Below, in pieces: positions 29,294 to 39,940 of a stretch of DNA of 61,158 nucleotides. Source of the DNA: Promethearchaeota archaeon. GTDB lineage: Archaea; Asgardarchaeota; Lokiarchaeia; Sigyniarchaeales; SOKP01. The DNA lies in contig JAUVNS010000021.1 in assembly GCA_030599585.1 (NCBI GenBank), positions 1-61,158 on the forward strand, read 5' to 3'. The notes below the pieces were generated by a model. The model saw only the letters and a list, made by a program, of their open reading frames with translations, made no database searches and was not told where the DNA came from. The position numbers and the translations under genes are program-made. Numbering within the stretch: position 1 is the first letter of the stretch; each line of letters starts with the position of its first letter.

Positions 29294-30103
29294 ATGACTG
29301 ATGACACAAGTAAGCTGAATGTGAAAAAATTAGTTCTGATCGTTATTGTAATTTGGGTTATTCTTAGTATAATATTTGGGCTTTATGATTTGGCTATTTC
29401 AATAGCAGTTGTTGATGAAGCATCTATTTGGGGAAATTTTGGGGCAGAGTATGGCGAAGTTCCTGGCTACGCGTTAATTGTTATCGCCTTAGCAACATTA
29501 CTCGGGAGTCTTTTTACAAATTTAAAAATGCAAAAAATTCCTGGTTATGTAGGAATTGTTGTTGGTGTTTTATTTGTTCTATTCATAGGTGATGAAAAAT
29601 ACGTTAACATGGGATGGAGCTTTATTTTTGCACTGCTTATTTATATTGTTATCACTTGGAATAAAGACTGGAAACACTACAGAAATATTTCTGGTGTAAT
29701 TGCTCTGTTAGCAGTTATAAATCCTTTACTATTTGTCCAAATAACTAAAATATTATGTGGAAGAGTTCGATTTAGGAATCTCGATCCTGGCTATACTAAT
29801 TTTACGTATTGGTTTCTGCCTCCAGGCATAAGTGGAGATGGTAGTTCGTTTCCTTCAGGACATACAGCAATGGGTTGGATGTTTTTACCATTACTTATAA
29901 CTGTCAAAGACCGAAAAGTTGAGGATCCACTAAGAATAATAGTTAGCGTATTAGTGATTGGATGGGGTTTATTTGTAGGACTCTCTCGAATAGCTGTTGG
30001 TGCTCACTATGCTTCTGACGTCCTCTTTTCAACCGGTGCTGCTACAATTGTTACGATATTTCTTTTTGCTAGATTCTACAGTAAGCGCAATAAATCAGAG
30101 TAA
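29294..30103 (+). CDS. PAP2-family membrane phosphatase
   Basis: KILCGRVR, SFPSGH, SRIAVGAHYASD. Confidence 0.92.
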   Translation: MTDDTSKLNVKKLVLIVIVIWVILSIIFGLYDLAISIAVVDEASIWGNFGAEYGEVPGYALIVIALATLLGSLFTNLKMQKIPGYVGIVVGVLFVLFIGDEKYVNMGWSFIFALLIYIVITWNKDWKHYRNISGVIALLAVINPLLFVQITKILCGRVRFRNLDPGYTNFTYWFLPPGISGDGSSFPSGHTAMGWMFLPLLITVKDRKVEDPLRIIVSVLVIGWGLFVGLSRIAVGAHYASDVLFSTGAATIVTIFLFARFYSKRNKSE

Positions 30104-30166
30104 CCCTTTTCTAAATCACTTCTATTTTTTTAAAATTTATATGGTTTTTAATGAGGAACAAGTTAA

Positions 30167-30829
30167 ATGAAAGAAATTGTTAAAAGTGTCTATCATATTG
30201 GCGATTCAGGTTGTTCGGTCTACATAGTAAACACTAATAGTAAAGAAGGTCTAGTTTTGATCGATTGTGGGATGAGCCTTGAAATGCTTAATAAAATAAG
30301 TAAAGTAGGACTAAATCCAAAGAATATAAATCACTGTATCTTAACTCATTTTCATATAGATCACACTGCTGCTTGTTCAGACTTGAGAAAAATGAATAAA
30401 CAAGTTAGATTCTACGCTCACGATTTAGATGCAGATGCTATTGAAGAAAGTGGGCATGACAGCAAAACAGCAGCCTCATGGTATGGAGTGGAATATAAGC
30501 CAGTGAAACTAGAAAAAAGATTGGAAGGTGATCTGGAAAAAATTCAATTAGGCCAATATGAATTTCAGTGCATTCATACTCCGGGTCATACACCAGGATC
30601 CATTTCTGTTCTAATTGAAGTTGATAACATCAAAATTCTGTTCGGACAAGATATCCATGGACCATTCTATAAATCGTTTGGATCCAATCTTGATGATTAT
30701 CAAAAGTCAATGCAGAAGCTGTTGAATTTAAACGCGGACATTTTATGCGAAGGGCATTATGGTGTAATAAAACCAGCCAGCGAAGTTAGTCGTTTCATCA
30801 GAGGTCATATGGATAGTAATCGTCCTTAG
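30167..30829 (+). CDS. MBL-fold metallo-hydrolase (glyoxalase II-like)
   Basis: THFHIDH, HTPGHTPGS, GQD, EGH. Confidence 0.92.
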   Translation: MKEIVKSVYHIGDSGCSVYIVNTNSKEGLVLIDCGMSLEMLNKISKVGLNPKNINHCILTHFHIDHTAACSDLRKMNKQVRFYAHDLDADAIEESGHDSKTAASWYGVEYKPVKLEKRLEGDLEKIQLGQYEFQCIHTPGHTPGSISVLIEVDNIKILFGQDIHGPFYKSFGSNLDDYQKSMQKLLNLNADILCEGHYGVIKPASEVSRFIRGHMDSNRP

Positions 30830-30962
30830 TATTCATTGACATAAGTGTAAAAACACTATCATAGTCCTAACTATATAAATGATCTCACTGTTTTTAAAAA
30901 GCTTTATATCCTTTTAGAACTAATAGTTCCTTACTAAATTTTAAATTAAGAGTGGGAAAATT

Positions 30963-31787
30963 TTGCTTCATAATTTATTTGAGATGTTCACCCAAGCAAT
31001 TAGAGAATTTGAGTATGATTACATATTTGTTGATAGCGTATTTCTTACAATCTGGATTGCTATCTTAATTAAGTATAAAAAATGGAAACCATTAAAATTT
31101 GGTGTCTTTACAGGATTTATATTGTATTTTATTGATTGCATTGTCTGGTTCAACTTACCTGCGGGTCCTAATTATCCTACGGGTACATATATTAGAGAAT
31201 ATTGGATTGGAGGAATCTATATGCCTCGTCCTCTTGGAGATTTTTTTTGGCTTAAATTTGGCGCAGATTTTATGATGACATTTTCTTATGCATTGTTTGC
31301 TTTCGGATGGTTATGGATAATGTTTGAAAATTTTGTTAAGAGAAATTTAAAGGAGATAATGATATTTACATTATTATTCTTCACTTTTTGGATGCTGACT
31401 CCTCTTTTTTCGCTTTTAATTCCCTTAAATGACACACAAGTGAGATCTATTCGCTATATGGATACTCAAATGATTGCTTGGAGCGTCAATTTATTAGTTG
31501 GGTATATATTTCTGTCTCTAATTTATGGAACAAAAAAATTTGGAAATAGAAAACCAAAAATAATTCTCTATGTTTTCACCGTAGGTTGTATTGGAGCTTT
31601 CTTCATGGAATTTCCACTTTTAATGTTTGGAATTCGCCCTACAGGCATTTTATTTTTATTATATAACGTTCTTTTTATGTTTAATCAAGGAGCACCTTAT
31701 CTTTATGTAGTTCACGACAAAATTTTACCATGGTTGTTCGTGAAGATAAAAAAATCATCTCATGAAGAACTTAAAATAACAATATAA
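30963..31787 (+). CDS. Multi-pass membrane protein of unknown function
   Basis: About 7 hydrophobic segments. Confidence 0.75.
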   Translation: MLHNLFEMFTQAIREFEYDYIFVDSVFLTIWIAILIKYKKWKPLKFGVFTGFILYFIDCIVWFNLPAGPNYPTGTYIREYWIGGIYMPRPLGDFFWLKFGADFMMTFSYALFAFGWLWIMFENFVKRNLKEIMIFTLLFFTFWMLTPLFSLLIPLNDTQVRSIRYMDTQMIAWSVNLLVGYIFLSLIYGTKKFGNRKPKIILYVFTVGCIGAFFMEFPLLMFGIRPTGILFLLYNVLFMFNQGAPYLYVVHDKILPWLFVKIKKSSHEELKITI

Positions 31788-31817
31788 TAAATTAAAAAAA
31801 AGTAATTTTGGTATTTA

Positions 31818-34800
31818 TTACTTCACTTTAGCCTTGATCATTTTTATGTTGCTTTTAAGAACTTTCACGATTGATAATTTTTCAGAGCCAGTTTTGATCA
31901 GAGTATTTAACGCATCCTGATGATTTTTCAACGCTTCAGAGTAAGACTTTTGTTCTAGGTATATCAGCCCTAACTTGTAATGTGAATCCGCTATTCCTAC
32001 ATTATCTTCAAGATCTTTGTATATTTCAAGCGCTTGGGTGCATTTCTTCCACGCATCTGTGTATTTTCCTTGATAAAGAAATGCTAAACCAACATTATTT
32101 AAGTACTTCCCGTTAGATTGCCTATCTTCGTTTTTTTCAGCTATTAGATTAGCTTCTTCAAAGCGTTTTAGTGCGACTGGATAATTACCCTCATCAAGAT
32201 AAATTAATCCGATGTTATAAAGACTTTCTGCCTTTCTAGTGAAATTTTTTAGCTTATCGTCAAGATTGAGAGATTCTTCAAAGCTTTTCAAAGCATCAAG
32301 ATACAGGCCTTGATCTCTATAGATCATTGCTGTATTAAATAAATTCTCCGCTCTTGCATCTGAAGGTCCTAATACTTTAAAAAGTTTTGTTCCTCGGTCG
32401 TACCATTTAAGTGCCTCAGTATAATCTCCTCTATCTTGGTAAACAAGGCCAACTTTATTTAAACAATATGTCTTCCCTATTAAATCGCCTACTTGATCAA
32501 ATATATCAAGGGCGATATTATAGCGCTTAAATGCATCTTTATACACACCTTGTTTATGAAATATAACTCCTATTCTACATAGAATTCGAGCTTTCCTCTC
32601 TTCGTCATAAATTTGCTGAGACACTTTAAGTGCTTCGTTGTTCCACCGTAGAGCTTCAGAATAATTACCAAGTTCTTGATAGACTAATCCAATGCTCTCG
32701 AAACAATCTGCGTTTCCTTCTAAGTTTTCAATTTCATCAAAAAGCTTGTATGCATCTTCATACCAAGTTAATGCTTCTTGAAAATGCTCTTGATCCTTAA
32801 AAATATCTCCAATCATTCGTATAATAATCGCTTGGTTTGTGAGATTACCTAGTTGTTCCTCAAGTTCTAGAGCTTCTTTGTATCTATCCAATGTCTCTTT
32901 GTATTTTTTACGAATGAGGAATATTTTTCCGATGCAAAGTAGTCTATGCGCCTTTCCCTTCATATTTCCAAGCTGTTCGTCTATATCTAATGCTTTTTCA
33001 TATAGTTGTAGTGCTTCAAGATAGTTGTCCTCGTCGTAATATATATCCCCTATGCTCGTAAAGATATCGGCTTTAATTTCAAGGTTTCCTAAACTTTCTG
33101 TAACATATATTGCTTCGTTATATCTTCTAACCGCTTCCGGATAATGCTTCTGAGCTTGATATATTTCCCCTATAACGCTAAGAATTTCCACTTGTTCTTC
33201 TAAATGTCCTAATTGTTCTGCAATCAACAGTGCTTCTTCGTAACGTCTTAAAGCTTCTATTAAATCCCATTGTTCCCTAAAAATCTTTCCTGATATATTT
33301 AAACACATTGCTTTCTTATGTAAGTTCCCGATTTGTTCAGCTATTTTTATTGCTTCTTCAAACTTCTTTAAAGCTAAATCATTTTTTCCTATATAATGAT
33401 AATTTATTCCAATTAAATGAAGACTTTCAATTTGCCCTTCCATATTATTCTGTTTTCTATAGAGATTTAATGCTTCTTCGAGTTTTTGTTTAGCTTGAGG
33501 ATAATCACCTTGATCTTGAAAAATTAATCCCATCATGTTAAGGATATCAGCTTTTTTTTCTGCTTTTCCAATGTCTTCAACAATTTCTAACGCATCTTTA
33601 TATCTGCTTAATGCTTCTTGAAAATTGGCTTGTTCAGCATAGAAATTCCCAATGTTTTTTAAAGTATCAGCTGTTCCTTCAGAATTACCAGTTACCCCGT
33701 AAAGCTGAAGAGCTTCCTGGAAGTTTTTAAATGATTCTGAGAATTTTCTTTGATCAAGATAAATCTGACCAAGAGTTATTAAAGTGGATGCTTTACTGTT
33801 TAAGTCTTCTAATTGATCATATAGTTCCAAAGCGTTTGTAAAATTCTTAAGCGCTTTTAAGTAAGCTTTTTGGTCCTTGTATATTAGTCCCATATTTATT
33901 AGAACATCAACTTCTCCTCTAATTTCTCCAATCTGGATATAAAAATTTAAGGAATCTTCAAACCATTTTAGTGAATCAAAATATTTATTCTGATTTTGAA
34001 AAATCATCCCTATTTGACGCGAAAATCTAGCTTTTAATTTGACATTTCCTAAACTCTCGGCTATTTGAAAACCCTCTTCAAAGTAATTAAATGCTTTAGG
34101 GTAATTCCATTGATCTCTATAAATGATTCCTATAGAGTTTAAGGCGTCCAATTTTCCTTCAATTCCCCCCAATAAATTGTAAAGGTTAAGTGATTCATTA
34201 CATTTCTCCAGCCCAGTAAGAGAATCTCCAATTTCATGAGTAGTCCGTCCAATTATATTCAAAATCTCTGCTTTTTGTTCGAGATCCTCCAATTGCTCAG
34301 AGATTTTTAATGCTGCTTGAAGGTGTTTTAAAGCTTCGCTAAAATTTTTTTTCGAAGAATAGATTTTCCCCTTAAGTTTCAAATTTAACGCTTTCTTACT
34401 AAGATTTTCAAATTTCTCATTAATTTTTATTGCAGATTCTAAATACATCAGGGCGTCTTCATATTTATGTTGTTCTTGGTAAACGACGCTTAAATTGTTG
34501 TAAATTTCCGCCTTTTGTCTGAGATCTTTAATTTTTTCGATTTCTTTCAATGCTAAATCAAAATTCTTTATAGCCTCTGAATAATTTTTCTGTGCTTGAT
34601 GCACAAAACCTATGTATTTAAAAATTATTCCCCGTTCCGGCATTGATTTAGACTTTATTTGAATTTGTAATGATTTGTGTAACGAGTCTAGTGCATCCTT
34701 GTAATTTGATTGTTCATAGTTAATTATACCCATTTCCATTAGAGATATTGCTTTCCAATGACTATCTCCAGATTCAGCCATATACACGCCCTCCAAACAC

Positions 34801-35867
34801 CTGAGAGCATCGTTATAATTTTTAGTTTCAGAATAAATCTTATTAGATATAAATAGTTTGGTTAATGCAGATGGTTCTTTAATTTTAGCCTTGAACCAAT
34901 CAGCTAAATTCAATTCAAATTTGTCCTTACTGATTTCCTCTTTTTTATCTAAAAGTTTTTCCAAAAATTTAGGAGTATTGGTATTTAACCGAAATACCTT
35001 AACAGATTCATTTAATCTTTTAATTTCCGTAAGATGTTGATCTAAATCACCCAACTTATTTAGATCCCTACTCTCGGGTTTGTTATATTCGTAAAGGTCT
35101 CCTTTTGTTTTACCGTTGGCAATATGATTGATCCATATTAAGTTTTTCAATCCCTTCATAGTTTTAAGAGTAGAAATAAGGTCGTAATCATTTTTAGCCG
35201 AGTAGCCTATTATTATCAGTGTACGTTCATTCGAAATCAGTTCTAACATTTGAGCTTTGAACGGCTCTAACTGAATGATATTGTTTTTATCTTGGTTCGA
35301 TCCCATTAGCTTTAAGGTATTAATAAAAGAACTACGAGTATCCTCTCCAGTGATAATATTTTTAGGAGAGCTGTGAAGTTTGTAAATTGGAATTTTTTTG
35401 TTTTTATACAACTTTTCAGGATCACTGAACCTTTGGTAATCTCTTTCAGTAATAACGGGAATTATTTTTTTTTTAGGATATTGTGTTTGAAGTAAAGCAT
35501 GCTCAATTAAGAAATCAAAGTTTGCTGTTGCTAAATAATGTCCTTTCTTTATCATATCTGCTAGAAAAAAGTGTTCGATATTTGGTTTATCGCTTTCCAA
35601 ATAAAAATCCAAAAACTCAAAATTATCATTTAGCGAGTTATGAATTATACCTAATAAAGTTTCAAAGCTTAAACCTTGAATACTAAGAATTTTTTCAACC
35701 TCAGATTTAGTACAGAAAAATTTAATTAGTGCCTTCATCGCATTACTAGCTGATGGGAGTTGAGATGGAGAATCAACTGAAACTCCTGCTCCAACTAAAA
35801 AAGTAAGCTTTTCTTCTGATTTGAATAACTCATTGATATTTAAATTTGATTTTTTTACACTACTCAA
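31818..35867 (-). CDS. SIR2-like domain fused to about 24 TPR repeats
   Basis: FLVGAGVS, TANFD, KLHSS and GYS in aa 20-250; then regular 40-aa TPR units (e.g. LNSIGIIYRDQWNYPKAFNYFEEGFQIAESLG). Confidence 0.88.
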   Translation of the reverse strand: MSSVKKSNLNINELFKSEEKLTFLVGAGVSVDSPSQLPSASNAMKALIKFFCTKSEVEKILSIQGLSFETLLGIIHNSLNDNFEFLDFYLESDKPNIEHFFLADMIKKGHYLATANFDFLIEHALLQTQYPKKKIIPVITERDYQRFSDPEKLYKNKKIPIYKLHSSPKNIITGEDTRSSFINTLKLMGSNQDKNNIIQLEPFKAQMLELISNERTLIIIGYSAKNDYDLISTLKTMKGLKNLIWINHIANGKTKGDLYEYNKPESRDLNKLGDLDQHLTEIKRLNESVKVFRLNTNTPKFLEKLLDKKEEISKDKFELNLADWFKAKIKEPSALTKLFISNKIYSETKNYNDALRCLEGVYMAESGDSHWKAISLMEMGIINYEQSNYKDALDSLHKSLQIQIKSKSMPERGIIFKYIGFVHQAQKNYSEAIKNFDLALKEIEKIKDLRQKAEIYNNLSVVYQEQHKYEDALMYLESAIKINEKFENLSKKALNLKLKGKIYSSKKNFSEALKHLQAALKISEQLEDLEQKAEILNIIGRTTHEIGDSLTGLEKCNESLNLYNLLGGIEGKLDALNSIGIIYRDQWNYPKAFNYFEEGFQIAESLGNVKLKARFSRQIGMIFQNQNKYFDSLKWFEDSLNFYIQIGEIRGEVDVLINMGLIYKDQKAYLKALKNFTNALELYDQLEDLNSKASTLITLGQIYLDQRKFSESFKNFQEALQLYGVTGNSEGTADTLKNIGNFYAEQANFQEALSRYKDALEIVEDIGKAEKKADILNMMGLIFQDQGDYPQAKQKLEEALNLYRKQNNMEGQIESLHLIGINYHYIGKNDLALKKFEEAIKIAEQIGNLHKKAMCLNISGKIFREQWDLIEALRRYEEALLIAEQLGHLEEQVEILSVIGEIYQAQKHYPEAVRRYNEAIYVTESLGNLEIKADIFTSIGDIYYDEDNYLEALQLYEKALDIDEQLGNMKGKAHRLLCIGKIFLIRKKYKETLDRYKEALELEEQLGNLTNQAIIIRMIGDIFKDQEHFQEALTWYEDAYKLFDEIENLEGNADCFESIGLVYQELGNYSEALRWNNEALKVSQQIYDEERKARILCRIGVIFHKQGVYKDAFKRYNIALDIFDQVGDLIGKTYCLNKVGLVYQDRGDYTEALKWYDRGTKLFKVLGPSDARAENLFNTAMIYRDQGLYLDALKSFEESLNLDDKLKNFTRKAESLYNIGLIYLDEGNYPVALKRFEEANLIAEKNEDRQSNGKYLNNVGLAFLYQGKYTDAWKKCTQALEIYKDLEDNVGIADSHYKLGLIYLEQKSYSEALKNHQDALNTLIKTGSEKLSIVKVLKSNIKMIKAKVK

Positions 35868-36083
35868 ATATTCTCACCCATTAAAAATTGCTTGTAGTAA
35901 GTATCTTAATTCTTTTTCGCTCTTAAAAAATTATGCCTTATGAACAAAATAATATTTGATATTTATTTTCTTCTTTATAAGGTTCGTGAAAAGCTTTAGT
36001 AGCATTTCATCAAAAATCTTATCTTATTAAATTAATTATATCAAATATTAGAATAATACTATTAAAATTAACCTCGTTTCAAA

Positions 36084-36944
36084 ATGCAATTTGAAGATTG
36101 GCATACTCATAACTCTCTTTGTAAGCATGCTGTTGGTACCATCGAAGATTATGTTAAAAAGGCTATTGGACTCAATCTGAATGTTATAGGAGTTAGCGAT
36201 CATTTTCCTTATGAATATTTAAGTTCAGAAATTCCATCTCTTGAAGATATACCGTATGAAGGTTATGCAATGCCCACAAATAATTTGGAGAGTTATATCC
36301 TTCAAGTAGACGATCTAAAAGAGAAATATATGAATCAAATACATATTAGAACTGCTTTCGAGATTGACTTCTTCAAACATCAAGATCACATACTCAACAA
36401 ATATTTAAAAAGCTATCTAAATAAATTAGACTACATTTTAGGCTCTGTCCATGTTCTTTTTGGTAAAGCGGGTGTATTTGCTTTCGACGATGGGCGTTTC
36501 TTAAATAAATATAAAGAATATGATGGTAACGATGAAATCTATATGGAATACTATGATTCTTTGCAAGTTATGATTAATTCACCAACATTTGAATTAGATA
36601 TTGTCACCCACTTCGATTTACCAAAAAAATTTGATAAAAGAATTGAAGATAAAGATATGATAATGGGAAAGGTCAACGAAACTCTAGAGTTGGTAAAAAA
36701 ACATGATCTTACCATAGAAATCAATACAAGTGGTTTGAGAAAAAAAGTTAAAGAACAATATCCTCATATAGACATTATAAAAAAAATTTTCGAGTTAGGT
36801 ATTCCTATCCTACTAGGTTCCGACGCTCACAAACCAGAAGATGTAGCTTACGAATTCAAAAACATAGCTAAAATGTTAAAAAATATTGGCTTTAATCAAT
36901 TCGCCCATTTTGAGAAGCGAAAAAGATCGTACGTCGATTTTTAA
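36084..36944 (+). CDS. hisJ: Histidinol-phosphatase, PHP (HisJ) family
   Basis: DWHTHNSLCKHA, SDHFP, DYILGSVH, THFDLPKK, EINTSGLR, GSDAH. Confidence 0.85.
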   Translation: MQFEDWHTHNSLCKHAVGTIEDYVKKAIGLNLNVIGVSDHFPYEYLSSEIPSLEDIPYEGYAMPTNNLESYILQVDDLKEKYMNQIHIRTAFEIDFFKHQDHILNKYLKSYLNKLDYILGSVHVLFGKAGVFAFDDGRFLNKYKEYDGNDEIYMEYYDSLQVMINSPTFELDIVTHFDLPKKFDKRIEDKDMIMGKVNETLELVKKHDLTIEINTSGLRKKVKEQYPHIDIIKKIFELGIPILLGSDAHKPEDVAYEFKNIAKMLKNIGFNQFAHFEKRKRSYVDF

Positions 36945-36990
36945 TCAATTTACTTTAATTATTTGCTTTATTTATGATTGAACTTCCAAA

Positions 36991-37761
36991 TTATTCGATC
37001 TTAGAAAACAGATCTGACTTTGGACTAGGGCACTGATACTCTTCTCTTCTCTTTGAAGCGTAATTTCCCATAGGTGTTCCCGGTAAAAATTGGTTAGGAG
37101 CTACTTTTTCTAAGGCATCCAGTAAGCTAATCATTTGTAGTAAAGCGGAAGAATCTGCCATATCTCGATGTGACAATAGAATTGAAACGGGTTCGCGGCA
37201 TTCATATCTAACATTTAATCCAAACGCGGTTATTGTTTCAGGTGTCAATGGCTTACCTCGGATATGTTCCAAACTTACATTTGTAGCTCCACAAGGACTT
37301 TCTACAATTGTTTTTACTTCTCTGATAATAGGAATTTCACCATTACTATTTTGTAATTTCACTTCAAAAAGAGGATAACCAAAATGCCTATAATATTCAT
37401 CTATTTCGTTAATGCCTGTTTTAGAAATGATACAACACATTGAAGATGGCATAATTATAGTTGGATTATCTTCTCTTTGCTGTCTTAAGAAACCTTCACC
37501 AAAATCAACTGCTAAAATAGTGGGTTTTTTACGATAACATATTTCTGCAACAACGTCGGGATGTCTTACATAGATTATCAATAAGTCGGCGAGAACAATA
37601 TCTCTTTCTACTTGTTCACCCAAATCTACGTCGTCGATAAATTCAGCCGGATTTCTCTCTTGTATAGTTACAATTTTAGTGTCATAAAATTTTTTCTTTA
37701 TGACTTTAGCTGCTCTATCTCCGTATTTTCCATCGCTTAAAATGAGAATTTTAAATTCTAT
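36991..37761 (-). CDS. DUF166 family protein (start extended upstream of the ORF-track call)
   Basis: HPD, PSSMC, FGYPLFEV, SPCGAT, ECREP. The frame is open 46 codons upstream of 37623 (IEFKILILSDGKYGDRA..) to an ATA preceded by GGAGTGA. Confidence 0.7.
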   Translation of the reverse strand: MEFKILILSDGKYGDRAAKVIKKKFYDTKIVTIQERNPAEFIDDVDLGEQVERDIVLADLLIIYVRHPDVVAEICYRKKPTILAVDFGEGFLRQQREDNPTIIMPSSMCCIISKTGINEIDEYYRHFGYPLFEVKLQNSNGEIPIIREVKTIVESPCGATNVSLEHIRGKPLTPETITAFGLNVRYECREPVSILLSHRDMADSSALLQMISLLDALEKVAPNQFLPGTPMGNYASKRREEYQCPSPKSDLFSKIE

Positions 37762-38012
37762 TCACTCCAATTTAGTAATGTGATGATATTTTCACAGTCT
37801 ACAAATGATATTTGAACCAAATCTTATTAATTTTACATTTATGGTTTATAATTTTCGTCTTTACATATCTTGTTAACAAGCGAGAATTCTAAATTAAAAA
37901 GTATTTAGACAATTAGAATTACTAATCTTGAGAATAAGCTCAGTTTGTGCCTTATAAAAAACAAGCTTATCATTTATCAAAACATAAAACAATAGTAGAT
38001 TATAAAAACGCA

Positions 38013-38894
38013 TTAATCTAATTTTCTTGCTCGTAACCATCCTTCCATAACGAGACTTCGTAGTAATCGCTGATGTTTCACATCTCTTGTGTGGATTATT
38101 AAATTATTATTTACTCCTTCACCAATAATAGCAAATAATAGTTCTTCTCCATCACGATCAATTACAAATCTATCCTTGTCTTCATACATTCGAATAGTTA
38201 TATTGTCCAGGCTTTCAAATTCCATAAGTAGTTGATCGTCATCCTCAAGACTGGGATCGATATAACACATAATTTTCATATTTACATGGGCCCGTACTTC
38301 ATATAAGTGCAGATCTTGTAAATCTTTAATGTCGGGAACTGCAATAGTAACGTTATGAACAGCTTTAGAGAGTATCTCTCGAATTTTTTTCAATATAGAA
38401 TCTTTAGGAATTTCAACATATGTCCAGTCAATGATTTGAGGATCTGAGCTTGAAGCAAGGTCATTTCTTAATTTATCGTTTTCAGCCTCTAATAAATCAA
38501 GGTCTTCTTCAAGTTTTTCTAATTCTCTTTTTAAAATGTCCACTTTATTCTCACATTCTTTTATTTCATCTTCTTTCTCAGCAATAATATCTTTATCCAC
38601 AGTAGAAGAATTTATGAGATTAATTTTTTCATTCAGAGTTCTAACAATCTTTTCCAAATCTTTAATTTTCTCGTTCTTTATTTGTAGTGAAGTATTTAAG
38701 GTGTCGTTGTGCTGTTCTTTTAAATTCATTGAGTCTAACATCGTTATGATCTGGTCTTCTTTCAGTTCCAAAGATTTGGTTAAATTATTTATAAGTTCTT
38801 CTTTGCTCTTTAATTTTACATCGTATTCTTCGAACTTCCTCAATGCTTTTTTTAGCTCTTCACGTAATTCGAGATTAATATCTTCTTCTGCCAT
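38013..38894 (-). CDS. Long coiled-coil protein with C-terminal TrmB/PLD-like fold domain
   Basis: Heptad-rich aa 5-150; ILSKAVHNVTIAVP..VIDRDGEELLF. Confidence 0.55.
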   Translation of the reverse strand: MAEEDINLELREELKKALRKFEEYDVKLKSKEELINNLTKSLELKEDQIITMLDSMNLKEQHNDTLNTSLQIKNEKIKDLEKIVRTLNEKINLINSSTVDKDIIAEKEDEIKECENKVDILKRELEKLEEDLDLLEAENDKLRNDLASSSDPQIIDWTYVEIPKDSILKKIREILSKAVHNVTIAVPDIKDLQDLHLYEVRAHVNMKIMCYIDPSLEDDDQLLMEFESLDNITIRMYEDKDRFVIDRDGEELLFAIIGEGVNNNLIIHTRDVKHQRLLRSLVMEGWLRARKLD

Positions 38895-39020
38895 TTCTAT
38901 ATCCCAGAAAACTTGAATTTTCTTTGTATATTAAGAAATATAATAAAAGAAATGCTTTTTAATTCTTAGCTAATTGCTATTTTTATTTCAAATAAGAGTT
39001 GTAAAATTGAATAAAAAAGA

Positions 39021-39878
39021 TTACTTTCGAGAATCAAACTTCTTAAATTTTATTCTACTTTCAATTTCTCGAACTCTCTCACTCATCTTTTCTATATCAC
39101 TTAAATATGTTACATGATATCTGCCTAGGTCCTCACTTGTTATATCGTGTTTAATTACTTTTATTCCTTTCACTCGAAATCCGTCCACAATGGATTTCTT
39201 AATCGCATCTTGCACCTCTTTCTCTCCACGAATAGAAATATCAACGCTTACTAAATTTTTGATAATCGTTTGATTTAAAATATAGAGTGGAAGCGAATAA
39301 TAATCGCTTAAAATTTGATCCTCTCTTGGTTTTTCTATAATATCCACTATTTCTAATCCACGATTTGAATTTGAATCCGCGGTCATGTCTGAATTCTTAG
39401 AAACTTTAACATTTCCGTGTCCACGAGCAATGTTTTTATCTTTTGATTTCATCAAGCTTAATATTATATCTGCCTTAGAATTACGGTATAATGAAAACAT
39501 TAGATTGATTTCATTTTTGAAAAAGATAATATCAGCAGCAGTCACAAAAAATGTTAATCTTGACGATTTGCGTTCATTAAATTGGTTAAGACAAAGCATG
39601 AGGGCATTGGCTGATCCAACCTGCTTAACTTGCTCAATGATTTGTAATTCTATATCTTGAACTTTTAAGAGTTCTGCTCTAATTAATTCCTGCTTGTACC
39701 CTACTAATGCGATAAATTTGCTAAAACCTGCTTGTTTAAAGTTAGATATAATACGGGTTATCATCGGAATTCCATTGATATTGATTAAAGGTTTGGGAAT
39801 TTGATCAGATAACGGTCTCAACCTCGTCGCTTTTCCCGCTGCTAATATAATCACATACGCATTATTTCGGGGTTTCAT
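39021..39878 (-). CDS. Sugar-phosphate nucleotidyltransferase
   Basis: ILAAGKATRLRPLSDQIPKPL, IIEKP, SIRGEKE. Confidence 0.9.
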   Translation of the reverse strand: MKPRNNAYVIILAAGKATRLRPLSDQIPKPLININGIPMITRIISNFKQAGFSKFIALVGYKQELIRAELLKVQDIELQIIEQVKQVGSANALMLCLNQFNERKSSRLTFFVTAADIIFFKNEINLMFSLYRNSKADIILSLMKSKDKNIARGHGNVKVSKNSDMTADSNSNRGLEIVDIIEKPREDQILSDYYSLPLYILNQTIIKNLVSVDISIRGEKEVQDAIKKSIVDGFRVKGIKVIKHDITSEDLGRYHVTYLSDIEKMSERVREIESRIKFKKFDSRK

Positions 39879-39940
39879 AAAAGTATATGTTTAAATTTGA
39901 TTCCTATTACTATAATGTTAATATTTAAAACTTAAAGAGT

